64,000 bases of DNA from Candidatus Iainarchaeum sp. (lineage in GTDB: Archaea; Iainarchaeota; Iainarchaeia; Iainarchaeales; UBA10219): assembly GCA_018304425.1 (NCBI GenBank), contig JAGVWE010000005.1, positions 32,001 to 96,000 on the forward strand, written 5' to 3'. Position numbers and translations under genes: made by a program. Shown here in pieces: positions 35,796 through 45,427 of the stretch. The stretch's first letter is position 1. Every line of letters begins with the position of its first letter. The notes beneath the pieces were generated by a model, which was given only the letters and a program-made list of their open reading frames with translations, ran no database searches and was not told where the DNA came from.

Positions 35796-38423
35796 ATGTC
35801 TATGAATGCGAAGCGAATCACGGTAGTCAAGAAACGCGATGGCAGGGTCATGCCCTTTACCCCGGAAAAAATCACCAAGGCCATCTATAAGGCTGCCAAA
35901 TCAGTGGGCGGCAGGGATTATGCCCTGGCCCAAAAGCTGTCCCAGAAGGTCATGGAAGAGCTTTCCCATGGCCTTGAAGAAAACGAAATCCCCGAAATCG
36001 AACGCATCCAGGACACGGTTGAAAAAGTGCTCATTGAGGCCGGGCACGCCCGCACGGCCAAGGCCTACATCCTTTACCGGCAGCAGCGCGCCGAACTCAG
36101 GAAGGAAAAGTCCCTGGTGCTGGAGAAAACCGAGATCGATGAAATCGACAAACGCTTTGACTTGAATGCCTTGCGCGTGCTGAAATCCCGTTACCTGCGC
36201 AAGGATGCCGCCGGGCACCTGCTGGAGACGCCGAAGCAATTGTTTTCCCGGGTGGCCATTCACGGCGCGTTGCCAGACCTCCTGGCCGACACCCGCGTCT
36301 ACGACTGGCACGGCAAGCAAAAAGCCCATCCCCTGGAGGCCTTTGACAACGAAAAATACGGGGGCAAGCTGTTCGTCGGCCCCTATGCCTTGAACGCCTA
36401 CCACTTGGAGGCCCTCAAACGGGTCTACGACCGCCACAACGCGGACAAGAAAATGAAGGTGGCCTGGGGCAAGTTCCTCGAGATGCTGAAAGGCGGGGAA
36501 TTCAATGACCACGCGAAGGACATCGATGCCTACTTCGATTTGATGACGGAAAGGAAGTTCGAGCCCAATACCCCGGCGATAGCCAATTTTGGCAACCCCC
36601 TGGGCATGGGTTCGGCCTGTTTTGTCATGGACGTGAAGGACTCCATTGAGGACATCATGGAGACCTTGAAGCAGACCTCCATCATCTTCAAGGCCGGCGG
36701 CGGCATGGGTTATAATTTTTCCAAGCTCCGGCCCGAAGGCGACTTCGTCAGTTCCACGACCGGCATTGCCTCTGGCCCCCTGAGTTTCATGCGGTTGTTT
36801 GACACCATGACGGAAGTTATCAAACAAGGGGGAATCCGGCGGGGCGCCAACATGGGCATCCTGAACTCCAACCATCCGGACATCGAGAAGTTCATCAAAG
36901 CCAAGGAAGGCAACAAGGCCTTGAGGAACTTCAACATCTCGGTCCTGGTCATGGCGGACTTCTGGGACCATTACAACCAGGACAAGCCCTATCCCTTGAC
37001 CAACCCGAGAAGCGGGGAAGTAGTGCGGACCGTGGACCCAAGGCGGCTGTTCGACATGATCGTCTACCAGGCCTGGGAATCCGCCGAGCCCGGAGTCATT
37101 TTCTTCGACCACGTCAACAAGTACAATCCCTTCTACGAGTACCTGGGCCCCATTGTCACGACCAACCCCTGTGGAGAGGTCCTGCTCTACCCCAATGAGT
37201 CCTGCAACCTGGGCAGCATCAATGTCTGGGCGTTTGCCCAGGAACACGAGGACGGCACCACAACCGTTGACTGGGATGGCATGAAGGACGTGGTGCTAAC
37301 CGCTTCCAAGTTCCTGGACAACGTCATCGAAGTCAACAAGTTTCCCTTGCCGGCCGTGGAGCGCATGGCCTTGGACACCCGCAAGATCGGCTTGGGCATC
37401 ATGGGCTTTGGCGACCTCTTGTACGAGTTAAAGCTCGGGTATGACACGGAAGAGGGCCGGAAGTTCGGCGAGCAATTGGCGGAGTTCGTCAACTATTACT
37501 CGAAAGTCGAGTCCATCGAGCTCGCGAAGACGCGGGGAAACCTGCCCTTCTACGACAAGAGCTTTTACCCGGAGGGAAAACTGCCTTTCTCGGCTTCCGA
37601 GGACAAGAGCAGTTGGCACTTTGACTGGGAACAGGTCGCGAAGGATGTCCAGAAATACGGGGTCCGCAACGGTTATACCACGGTCATCGCCCCCACCGGC
37701 AGCATTTCCATGATTGCGGGCTGCAGTTCCGGCATCGAGCCCGTGTTCAGCCTGGTCTTCGAGAAAAACGTGAAAGTCGGCAGCTTTTACTACGTGGACC
37801 CGGTCTTCGAACGCGTCATGAAGCAGGAAGGCTTGTACGACGAGCAGCTCATGGACGACATCTGCAAGAACGAGGGCAGCCTCCAAAACATTGCCTACAT
37901 GCCGCCCGAACTCAAGAAGACCTTTGTTACGGCACGTGACTTGAAACCCGAGGACCACATCCGCATGCTGGCAGCCTTCCAGCGGTGGGTGGACTCCAGC
38001 ATTTCCAAGACCAACAACTTCCCGACGGACGCGACCGTGGAAGACATGCGGAAGAGCTACCTGCTGGCCTACCAGTTGGGATGCAAGGACGTCACGGTTT
38101 ACCGCGACAACTCCATCAAGAACCAGGTCTTGAACGCACCCAAGAAAAAGGTGGAAACCGTGGAGGCCATGCCTGCACAACCATCGCATGGGCAGCCGAT
38201 GGCCGTAACGGCCCAAGCGGCTCCCAAGGGGATGCTCACCCAAGCCACGTACACGGGCAGCAGCACGTTGCTCTTGTCGAACCCTGCAGGCGGCCAGCTC
38301 CCCACCGTGCCATCCAACGGCAAGTTCGGGGACTTGAAGAACTGCCCGGAGTGCAGCACGAGCCTGAAGATTGCGGAGGGCTGCACGAGTTGCGTGGAAT
38401 GCGGTTGGGCGCTGTGCAAATAG
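35796..38423 (+). CDS. nrdJ: Adenosylcobalamin-dependent ribonucleotide reductase (class II) with ATP cone
   Basis: ATP cone 'VKKRDG', 'SACFV', 'RRGANMG', 'TNPCGE', 'CNLGSIN', 'IAPTGSIS', C-terminal Cys cluster; no intein. Confidence 0.95.
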   Translation: MSMNAKRITVVKKRDGRVMPFTPEKITKAIYKAAKSVGGRDYALAQKLSQKVMEELSHGLEENEIPEIERIQDTVEKVLIEAGHARTAKAYILYRQQRAELRKEKSLVLEKTEIDEIDKRFDLNALRVLKSRYLRKDAAGHLLETPKQLFSRVAIHGALPDLLADTRVYDWHGKQKAHPLEAFDNEKYGGKLFVGPYALNAYHLEALKRVYDRHNADKKMKVAWGKFLEMLKGGEFNDHAKDIDAYFDLMTERKFEPNTPAIANFGNPLGMGSACFVMDVKDSIEDIMETLKQTSIIFKAGGGMGYNFSKLRPEGDFVSSTTGIASGPLSFMRLFDTMTEVIKQGGIRRGANMGILNSNHPDIEKFIKAKEGNKALRNFNISVLVMADFWDHYNQDKPYPLTNPRSGEVVRTVDPRRLFDMIVYQAWESAEPGVIFFDHVNKYNPFYEYLGPIVTTNPCGEVLLYPNESCNLGSINVWAFAQEHEDGTTTVDWDGMKDVVLTASKFLDNVIEVNKFPLPAVERMALDTRKIGLGIMGFGDLLYELKLGYDTEEGRKFGEQLAEFVNYYSKVESIELAKTRGNLPFYDKSFYPEGKLPFSASEDKSSWHFDWEQVAKDVQKYGVRNGYTTVIAPTGSISMIAGCSSGIEPVFSLVFEKNVKVGSFYYVDPVFERVMKQEGLYDEQLMDDICKNEGSLQNIAYMPPELKKTFVTARDLKPEDHIRMLAAFQRWVDSSISKTNNFPTDATVEDMRKSYLLAYQLGCKDVTVYRDNSIKNQVLNAPKKKVETVEAMPAQPSHGQPMAVTAQAAPKGMLTQATYTGSSTLLLSNPAGGQLPTVPSNGKFGDLKNCPECSTSLKIAEGCTSCVECGWALCK

Positions 38424-38481
38424 GAACCGCCAGCGGGTTCCTATTACCTCCCGCAACCACCGCGGCCTTTTTCTTTCTTTT
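38419..38481 (+). terminator. Hairpin plus T-rich tract after nrdJ (possible terminator/attenuator)
   Basis: Perfect 10-bp stem AATAGGAACC/GGTTCCTATT (38419-38445); T-rich run 38468-38481. Confidence 0.45.
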
Positions 38482-38506
38482 CGTGGGAGAAGAGGTAGGG
38501 GAATAC

Positions 38507-39061
38507 ATGCCATCCAAACCCAGTTTTGGCCTGGTGCAAGTGTTTTGGGGGAACGGCAAGGGCAAGACCACGGCAGCCATTGGAGAGGGTTTAAGGGCAT
38601 TGGGAAGGGGTTTCAAGGTGCATCTCTTGCAGTTCATGAAGTGCGGAATCGAGGGCAACCAGGATTTTCAAGAGTACGGGGAACTCCTGGCCTTGAAGCA
38701 ATTTCCGGGGTTCACGCTGGAGCGGTATGGCAGCCCCTCCTGGGTCATCGGAAAACCCAAACCCGCGCACCTGAAAGCAGCGGCCGAGGCACTGGCGGCC
38801 ACAAAAAAAGCGGTTGCCTCTGGAGAATTCGATATGGTTATCATTGATGAAATCTTGTACGCGGTACAGTTAGGGCTAATCCGGGAAAGCGACGTACTCG
38901 ACGTCATCCAAGCCAAGGCCAAGGACACCGAGCTCCTCTTGACCGGCAGCCACCAGGAACTGAAGGCCGTCAACGACGCTGCTGACCTGGTTACCCACCT
39001 CCAAAAAATGAAGCATCCCTTCGACCAAGGCATCCTGGCACGCGTCGGCACCGAGTTCTGA
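38507..39061 (+). CDS. Cob(I)alamin adenosyltransferase (CobA/CobO/BtuR family)
   Basis: 'GNGKGKTTAA.G..LRA.G', 'QFMK', 'DEI', 'LTG', 'ADLVT', 'KHPF..G..AR.G.EF'. Confidence 0.93.
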   Translation: MPSKPSFGLVQVFWGNGKGKTTAAIGEGLRALGRGFKVHLLQFMKCGIEGNQDFQEYGELLALKQFPGFTLERYGSPSWVIGKPKPAHLKAAAEALAATKKAVASGEFDMVIIDEILYAVQLGLIRESDVLDVIQAKAKDTELLLTGSHQELKAVNDAADLVTHLQKMKHPFDQGILARVGTEF

Positions 39062-39070
39062 GGCAAAACC

Positions 39071-39772
39071 ATGCACGCACAACAAATCCAACTCCAAGAA
39101 GAGAAACCGTTGAGGCCTGCAGTCACGAAAAAAATCGAGGCGCTGGGCAAGGAAATAGAGGGCGTTAAAACCGAGCGGGAACTAAAGGACTTTGCCTTGT
39201 TCTTCGGCCTCTTGGCTGCCTCGGTCCTTGGCCGCGTGGCCTTGAAGTACGTTCCCTCCGGCCTCCCCTCCGTGGAACCCATCATCCCCTTCGCGGTGCT
39301 GGCCGGCCTCCTCTTCGGCGTCAAGGAAGGCTTCGTCTTGGGCAGTTCCGCTTACGTGGTCTCCAATTTCTTCGTGCCCGGCCTCCAAGGCCCTTGGACG
39401 GTCTTCCAAGCCCTGGGAGCCGGTTTGGCTGGCTTGTTTGGCGGCGTGCACCGGGGTTTCGGAAAGCCCACCGGCAAAGCCCTGATAGCGTTAACGGTTT
39501 TCGGAACCCTCGTGTTCGAGTTAATCGTGAACGTGTCCGGCGGCCTGCTCGGCATCGGATGGTTTACGGGCCTGATGGGGTTGCCCCTTTACTTCCTGAC
39601 TTCGCTGCCCTTTTCCGCCGTGCACACCCTGACTAACGCGGGCTTTGCTGCGTTCTTGAAGCCCCTGCTTTCGCTGAGGAAAAACGATGAACAAAAATTC
39701 AGCCTGGTCAGCCTTACTCGTGCTGTTAACGGTAAGCGCCTTACTGTCCGGATGCTTAAGTCAAACGAATGA
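39071..39772 (+). CDS. ECF transporter S component (CbrT-like)
   Basis: 'LPSVEP', 'G...G', 'SNF...G.GPWTVFQ', 'LPF...H...N'. Confidence 0.8.
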   Translation: MHAQQIQLQEEKPLRPAVTKKIEALGKEIEGVKTERELKDFALFFGLLAASVLGRVALKYVPSGLPSVEPIIPFAVLAGLLFGVKEGFVLGSSAYVVSNFFVPGLQGPWTVFQALGAGLAGLFGGVHRGFGKPTGKALIALTVFGTLVFELIVNVSGGLLGIGWFTGLMGLPLYFLTSLPFSAVHTLTNAGFAAFLKPLLSLRKNDEQKFSLVSLTRAVNGKRLTVRMLKSNE

Positions 39773-40085
39773 CGGCACCCAACCGGTTTCGGTCTCCGTT
39801 TCCGTGGTGGCGGACGGGCAAGTGCTGGCCCAGGCAAGCGGTTCCTTTCCTGCGGGCACCACGGCCTTGGATGCCTTGAAGCCACTCATTCCCTTGGCCT
39901 ACACGGACTCCCCCCTGGGAGCCTTTGTGACTTCGGTGGCAGGCAAGCCCGCGCCCGACGATTACTATTGGGCGCTCTACGTGGACGACGAGTACGCGAA
40001 GGTCGGCGTGAGCATGCTTCGACTGGAAAAAGAAACGCGCCTCGAGTGGCGGCTGGAAAAAATCGTAGACGCGCAGGTGAGCTGA
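39687..40085 (+). CDS. DUF4430 domain lipoprotein (transcobalamin beta-domain-like)
   Basis: Lipobox-like 'LSGC'; 'TALDAL', 'G.FVTSVAG', 'YWALYV', 'VGV...L......W'. Confidence 0.82.
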   Translation: MNKNSAWSALLVLLTVSALLSGCLSQTNDGTQPVSVSVSVVADGQVLAQASGSFPAGTTALDALKPLIPLAYTDSPLGAFVTSVAGKPAPDDYYWALYVDDEYAKVGVSMLRLEKETRLEWRLEKIVDAQVS

Positions 40086-40570
40086 TGGCCAAGCCCAGCG
40101 AGGACCGCTTTTTCTTGCTGCTCCTGGTAGCCGTGTTGGGCCGGCTCCTCCTCCTGCCCCTGCCCTCCATCAAGCCCATCCTTCCGATCATCGTCTTCAC
40201 GGCCCTCTCCCTGGGCCTGGACCAGGGCCTCTTGATGGCGTTCCTAGGGTTTTTCCTCTCCAACCTGGTCATTGACGGCATCTCCGGCTATGGCTTTGGG
40301 AGTTGGACGATTTACCAGGTCCTGGGCGGGGCCTTGGCTGCCTACACCGCCACCCTGGTCGCTGGGCGCAGGCCCGTGACTTCCATGGACCTCGTCAACG
40401 CCACCCTGGCCGGCACCCTGGTCTTCGAGCTCACCATCAACTTCGGCAGCGCAGGAGGCCTGGACATCGAATACTTTTTGGGCTCGCTGCCCTTTGCTTT
40501 GGCCCACCTGGCGGGAAACCTGGTGTTCGCCGTCCTCTTGAGCGGGTTTTTGCCGAAGACTTCACATTAG
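40085..40570 (+). CDS. Second ECF transporter S component (CbrT-like)
   Basis: 'LPSIKP', 'SN....G.G.WTIYQ', 'LPFALAHLAGN'; TGATG coupling. Confidence 0.8.
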   Translation: MAKPSEDRFFLLLLVAVLGRLLLLPLPSIKPILPIIVFTALSLGLDQGLLMAFLGFFLSNLVIDGISGYGFGSWTIYQVLGGALAAYTATLVAGRRPVTSMDLVNATLAGTLVFELTINFGSAGGLDIEYFLGSLPFALAHLAGNLVFAVLLSGFLPKTSH

Positions 40571-41212
40571 TTGGCTGAACGCAACGGCCAGCACCAACGC
40601 AGGCAGGTAGTTCGCGACTTTCACGGGCTTGAGTTCCAGGAGGTTCAGGGCCAGGCCCAGCAGGAGGATGCTGCTGACACCGGTCAGGTTGGCGAGGGCG
40701 TGCGGGGAGAAAAATGGTTTGAGCGTGCCAGCGAGCAACGTCAATCCCCCTTGGAACAACAGAAGCGGTACGGCGGTCAAGGCGATGATCGGGCCCGCGG
40801 TGGCGGCGAAGGCCACCGCGGAAAAGAAGTCCAGAGCCGACTTGGAGTACAGCAGGCTGGCGTCTCCCTTCAAGCCGTCGTTGAGCGCACCCAGAATGGT
40901 GAGGGGGCCGACGCAGAACAAGAGAAAGGTGTTGAGCACCAGGCTCATGCCTTGCTCGCCGGTCGCGGGCGCGTGCCTGGTCAAGGACTGCAAGCGCGCA
41001 TCAATTCGCAGGCGCTCGCCGAGCGCGTGGCCGCCCAAAAGGCTGACCAGGACCACCAACGGGTTTTGGGCGGCGGACACGCCTTGGATGGCCAGGTACA
41101 AGGTCAACAATCCGATTGCGGCGAACTGGGCCTGACTAGTTTTCAGCCGCAGCCTAGCCCCCAACAAGCCCCCGGCGGCGACAGCGATGGTGTTTACCAC
41201 GGTTCCGAGCAT
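40562..41212 (-). CDS. DUF554 family membrane protein
   Basis: 'GTVVN....GG..G', 'LFCVGPLTILG...DGL.GD...L..KS.LD', 'N.LPAL'. Confidence 0.9.
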   Translation of the reverse strand: MLGTVVNTIAVAAGGLLGARLRLKTSQAQFAAIGLLTLYLAIQGVSAAQNPLVVLVSLLGGHALGERLRIDARLQSLTRHAPATGEQGMSLVLNTFLLFCVGPLTILGALNDGLKGDASLLYSKSALDFFSAVAFAATAGPIIALTAVPLLLFQGGLTLLAGTLKPFFSPHALANLTGVSSILLLGLALNLLELKPVKVANYLPALVLAVAFSQLM

Positions 41213-41298
41213 ACAATACTAGGGTTCGACCAACTAATTAGTCCTGCGCCTGGAGAAAACCCAGCTATTTATCATCCTTTTGCTGGAAAAACAATAAT

Positions 41299-41733
41299 AT
41301 GGATGAATTGGACCAGAAATTGGTGGAATTGCTTGCCCTAGACAGCCGCATCAAGGTGGCTGGGTTGGCCAAGAAGCTGAAAATACCGGCTTCCACGGCT
41401 GCCGCGCGGGTGGTGAAGCTCGTCAAGAGCGGGTTCCTCAAGCGGTTCACCATCGAATTGGATTACGAGAAGGCCGGCAAACCGTTGTTGGCCTTGTGCC
41501 AGGTGAGCGTGAGGCACTCCAAGAACGATCCCGACCAGACCATCCAAGCGCTGCTCAAGCTGGCGGACGTCCAGGAAATCTATTCCACGACCGGGGAATG
41601 GGATTTCACCATCGTCATCCGCACCCAAGACATCAAGTCCCTGAAGAAGCTGGTCACGTACGACCTCAAGGCCTCGCTGCCCGACATCGTGCGCTCGAAC
41701 ACGCTGATTGCGTTGGAATACGGGAAGAAATGA
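41299..41733 (+). CDS. Lrp/AsnC family regulator
   Basis: 'MDELD..L..LL..D.R', HTH, 'TGEWD'. Confidence 0.9.
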   Translation: MDELDQKLVELLALDSRIKVAGLAKKLKIPASTAAARVVKLVKSGFLKRFTIELDYEKAGKPLLALCQVSVRHSKNDPDQTIQALLKLADVQEIYSTTGEWDFTIVIRTQDIKSLKKLVTYDLKASLPDIVRSNTLIALEYGKK

Positions 41734-41734
41734 G

Positions 41735-42505
41735 TTAGAAAATATCTGGATGAAATAGCGCGGCCAACCGCTTCGCCCCTTCGCCGAGGCGGGGGTCCGG
41801 GCTGTTGAGATAATTGTCGTCCAGCGAGTGCACGCGCCCGGTCTTGATGGCCGTGATGCCCTGCCAGCCTTCGCGGTTGCGAATCACACCCAAATCTTCC
41901 TTGCCACAGAACCCGCACCAGGCCGCAACGATGACCTCGGGGTCGAATTGCTGGACTTGTTCGGTGGACACCGGAGCCGAACGCATGCCGGGCCCGGCCA
42001 GCCCCGAGATGCCGCCCGCGGTTTCCACGATTTCGGGCACCCAGTTGCCGGAAGCGGTGGGCGGCTTGTGCCATTCCTCGACGTAGACGCGTTTCCTGGG
42101 CAGGCCCCGGGTCTGCTGCTGGATCCCCCTTAACTGCCTTTGAACCAGGTGCTGCAAGTCTTTGCCTGTTTGTGGCTCGCCCAAGGCCTTGCCGAGGTCG
42201 GCAAACGACTGCAAGACGTCTGACAAATCTTTCGGGTCGACGTGGAACACTTTCAACCCCCTTTCTTCCAAGACATCGGCAATGCGTTCCTGCAAGAACG
42301 TCGAGGTCAACACCAGGTCGGGCTTCAAGGCCGCGACCTTGTCGTAGTCCACGTCCAGCCAGCCCCCGACGATTACGGGCGGTTTCTTGGCGTCGAACTT
42401 CGGACAGAACCGCGTGCAGCCGACGATTTTGTCCTGCAAGCCCAGGCCCAAAACGATTTGCGTGTTGCTCGGCGCAAGCGAAACGATTTTCTTCGGTTCA
42501 GCCAA
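41735..42505 (-). CDS. Cobalamin-binding (BtuF-like) helical-backbone protein
   Basis: 'KIVSLAPSNT', 'ALKPDLV', 'RVYVEEW..P', 'AGG', 'W..I.A.K.G'; TTG start overlapping DUF309 stop inferred. Confidence 0.82.
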   Translation of the reverse strand: MAEPKKIVSLAPSNTQIVLGLGLQDKIVGCTRFCPKFDAKKPPVIVGGWLDVDYDKVAALKPDLVLTSTFLQERIADVLEERGLKVFHVDPKDLSDVLQSFADLGKALGEPQTGKDLQHLVQRQLRGIQQQTRGLPRKRVYVEEWHKPPTASGNWVPEIVETAGGISGLAGPGMRSAPVSTEQVQQFDPEVIVAAWCGFCGKEDLGVIRNREGWQGITAIKTGRVHSLDDNYLNSPDPRLGEGAKRLAALFHPDIF

Positions 42506-42860
42506 GTATAATCCCCTGGGTGAACTCGATGTGGGGGAAGCCTGGTGTGGTCTTTGAACGACCGATGGCATAATCCCACCAGCCCTCGAGGTCATCCCGC
42601 AGCTTCTGCAACTTGATTCCCTGGTACGGCGTGGGATACCCTTCCAACGACTGCCGCGCGTCCTGCAAGACCTTGAAGAACCCGCCCGCATTGCCGCGCT
42701 TGTGGTGTTCGAGCGCGACCGCAAATTGCAGGATGCCCTGGTAGAAGCGCTTGTCCTTTCCCTTCTCGACACGCCAAAGGACTTCCAAGACTTCATGGCA
42801 CTCGAAAAACTTTTGCTCGTTGAACAAGGCCACGGCCTCGCGAAGTTTCCCGCTTTCCAT
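42498..42860 (-). CDS. DUF309 domain protein
   Basis: 'FN...FFECHEVLE.LW', 'YQGILQ.AVA..H..RGN'. Confidence 0.9.
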   Translation of the reverse strand: MESGKLREAVALFNEQKFFECHEVLEVLWRVEKGKDKRFYQGILQFAVALEHHKRGNAGGFFKVLQDARQSLEGYPTPYQGIKLQKLRDDLEGWWDYAIGRSKTTPGFPHIEFTQGIILG

Positions 42861-42919
42861 GCCCAATGGAAAGGCCAAAACCATTAAAATGCGTTGCCAT
42901 CCCATCGCTTACGGGGAGC

Positions 42920-44608
42920 ATGACAGAACTCATTGAGTGGAACGAGTGGAAGCCCGAAACCTTCGAAAGGGCCCGGAAAGCCGATAAACTCGTGTTATTG
43001 GACCTTTCGGCCGTGTGGTGCCATTGGTGCCACGTCATGGACGAGACCAGTTACTCGGACAAAGGCTGTGCCCAGGTCATCAACGAGCAGTTCGTGCCAG
43101 TCAAGGTCTGGCTCGACCAGCGCCCGGACATCGGCGAGCGCTACAACCTGGGCGGTTACCCGACCACGGCCCTCCTGACGCCGGATGGAAAAATGGTGGG
43201 CGGCGGAACGTATATTCCGCCACGACAGCTCGCACCCTACCTTGCCAGCGTGAACGAGGAGTGGAAGAACAACCGCGCCGAGTTGCTGGCGCGCGCGGCC
43301 ACGCGCGTCGAAGAGCCCATCCCCTTCCGGGAACTGCCCGGGCAACTCGAGAAAAGCGCGCCCGAGCAAATCGCGAACCTGCTGAAAGCCGACTTCGACG
43401 AAGCCCATGGCGGCTTCGGCGACCAGCCCAAGTTTCCCGTGCCGGAAACCATCCAGTTTTGTTTGCTGCACTACCACGTCGCGAAAGACCGGCAGGCGCT
43501 GGCCATGGCCGAGAAGACCCTGCAAGGCATCACCGGCATCTTCGACGAAACCGCGGGTGGGTTCTACCGCTACTCGATGAACCGCGAGTGGTCGGTTCCG
43601 CATTTTGAGAAACTGCTGGAGCTGAACGCGGAGTTGCTGCACTGCTACCTGGACGCGCACCTGGTTACCCAGCGGCCGGACTTCAAGGCCATCGCCGAGC
43701 GCACGGTTGCCTATGTGGACAAGACCTTGTCCGACCCCCAGGGCTTTTTCTATGGTTCCCAGGACGCGGACGAAGCCTATTACCACGCCGCGCCGGATGA
43801 CCGGGCCAGGCACAAAGCGCCCTTCGTGGACCGAACCCTCTACGTGGACGCAAACGCCGCTATGGCCTCGTCTTACCTCAAGGCGGGGGTTTTACTGGAC
43901 CGGAAGGAACTCGTGGACCGGGGCTTGCGTTGCCTGGACTTCCTGCTGGCGCACTGCTTCGACCTCAAGAAAGGGGCCTGCCACTATGTTGATAGCCTGC
44001 GACCGCAAAAATACGGGTTGCTGATGGACAACGCCGCGCTGGCGAATGCGCTCATCGAGGGCTATGAGTATTCGGGCAACCCGCTTTACCTTTACAAGGC
44101 CCGGGAGGCCCTGGAATTTTTGGTTCAGAACTTCTGGAACGCCAAACGCAACGCCTTCAACGACGCATTGCCGGAAAAAAAGGCCATTGGCTTCCTCAAC
44201 GAGTCCCTTGCCCCCATCAAAGAGAACCTGTTGGCGGCCACGGCGTTGACGCGGCATGCGGCCATCCTGGGCGAGACCAAGTACAAGGAGATCGCCGAGC
44301 GCGTGTTGAAGACGTTCTCGCTTACCTACCACGAGCATGGGTTGTATGCTTCCCTGTATGGCCTGGCGCTGTACAAGTTCTTGAACCCGGTGGTCGTCAG
44401 TTTCTACTCGGCGAAGGTGGACGAGCAGGCCCTCGCCGACGCGCGCGCCTGCATGAAAGTGTTTGAGCCCCGCCGCTGCGTCAAATACGGGTCGGAAGTC
44501 CGGCACGGCCAACGCGCCTACCTGGCGTGTTCGAACAAGAAGTGCACGCCGATGCTGGCAAGCCTGGAGGAAGTGCTGGGGGAATTACGGGACGACGACC
44601 ACCGATAG
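42920..44608 (+). CDS. YyaL/SSP411-like thioredoxin plus alpha-toroid protein
   Basis: 'WCHWCHVMD..SY', 'GGYPTT', 'GGFG..PKFP', 'GGFYRYS...W.VPHFEK'. Confidence 0.92.
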   Translation: MTELIEWNEWKPETFERARKADKLVLLDLSAVWCHWCHVMDETSYSDKGCAQVINEQFVPVKVWLDQRPDIGERYNLGGYPTTALLTPDGKMVGGGTYIPPRQLAPYLASVNEEWKNNRAELLARAATRVEEPIPFRELPGQLEKSAPEQIANLLKADFDEAHGGFGDQPKFPVPETIQFCLLHYHVAKDRQALAMAEKTLQGITGIFDETAGGFYRYSMNREWSVPHFEKLLELNAELLHCYLDAHLVTQRPDFKAIAERTVAYVDKTLSDPQGFFYGSQDADEAYYHAAPDDRARHKAPFVDRTLYVDANAAMASSYLKAGVLLDRKELVDRGLRCLDFLLAHCFDLKKGACHYVDSLRPQKYGLLMDNAALANALIEGYEYSGNPLYLYKAREALEFLVQNFWNAKRNAFNDALPEKKAIGFLNESLAPIKENLLAATALTRHAAILGETKYKEIAERVLKTFSLTYHEHGLYASLYGLALYKFLNPVVVSFYSAKVDEQALADARACMKVFEPRRCVKYGSEVRHGQRAYLACSNKKCTPMLASLEEVLGELRDDDHR

Positions 44609-44654
44609 AACCAAAACAATAGCCTAATATAGTCCTTTAGTGCAATTTATTGCC

Positions 44655-45368
44655 ATGCGCTTTGCGTGGTGCCTCGCTGCCTTGCTCGTGCTTTTACTGC
44701 TTTTACTCGGCTGTACGAACCCGGCTCCGGCCACGCCCGGCCCCCTTCGGGGAAAAAGCCCACCCACGAATGGGGTTCCTTTGTTGCAAACACAAAGCTA
44801 CGCCTATTGTGAGGCGATGGACAACTACGATGACCAGGACGCGTGTTACCGGGGCTTGAACCTGGCGGCCTGTGACCTGCTGCCGAAAGACAAGGTGTCG
44901 TTCGCGGACGTTACCCAAGAAGACTGCTATTTCGCGGTGGCGCGTACCAGGGAAGACGCCTCGCTGTGTGGCAAAATGAAAGAAGGGGACGGCTGTTATG
45001 ACCGCATGGCCTTTGAACTGATGGATGAAAGCCTCTGTGACAAGATAAAGGACGCCTCAGAATGGCGATCGTTAAGGGGAAGCTGCTATATCGCGCTCGC
45101 GGCTGCCAAGAAAGACTTCGGACTGTGCACTAGGGCTGGATTCCCCGAGGAGAAACTCCGCTGGGGGGAATTCCTGTTTAAGAAATCCAGTTGCTATGGG
45201 CTGTTAGTACATGACGCTGACACCTGCCGGGGCCTCAAGGAAGTAGTCGAACAAGAAGCCTGCTTGGCCGGGTTGGTCCCAAGCACTCGGGACGTTTCCC
45301 TCTGCGAGGGACTCACGAACGCAGAAATCAGAGACTTCTGTTTCCTGGTGTGCCTAGACTGCAAGTAA
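44655..45368 (+). CDS. Cys-rich repeat surface lipoprotein
   Basis: 'LLLGC' lipobox-like; repeated 'CY...A....D.SLC' units. Confidence 0.7.
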   Translation: MRFAWCLAALLVLLLLLLGCTNPAPATPGPLRGKSPPTNGVPLLQTQSYAYCEAMDNYDDQDACYRGLNLAACDLLPKDKVSFADVTQEDCYFAVARTREDASLCGKMKEGDGCYDRMAFELMDESLCDKIKDASEWRSLRGSCYIALAAAKKDFGLCTRAGFPEEKLRWGEFLFKKSSCYGLLVHDADTCRGLKEVVEQEACLAGLVPSTRDVSLCEGLTNAEIRDFCFLVCLDCK

Positions 45369-45427
45369 TCAACCAAGTTGGATTTCCTCGTTCCCACAAT
45401 AGATGCATAGGCCAGAATGATGAACCC

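Noticed and set aside
37985-38506. Long N-terminal extension of the adenosyltransferase
   Set aside because: Overlaps nrdJ in another frame; homology begins at ATG 38507, after an SD
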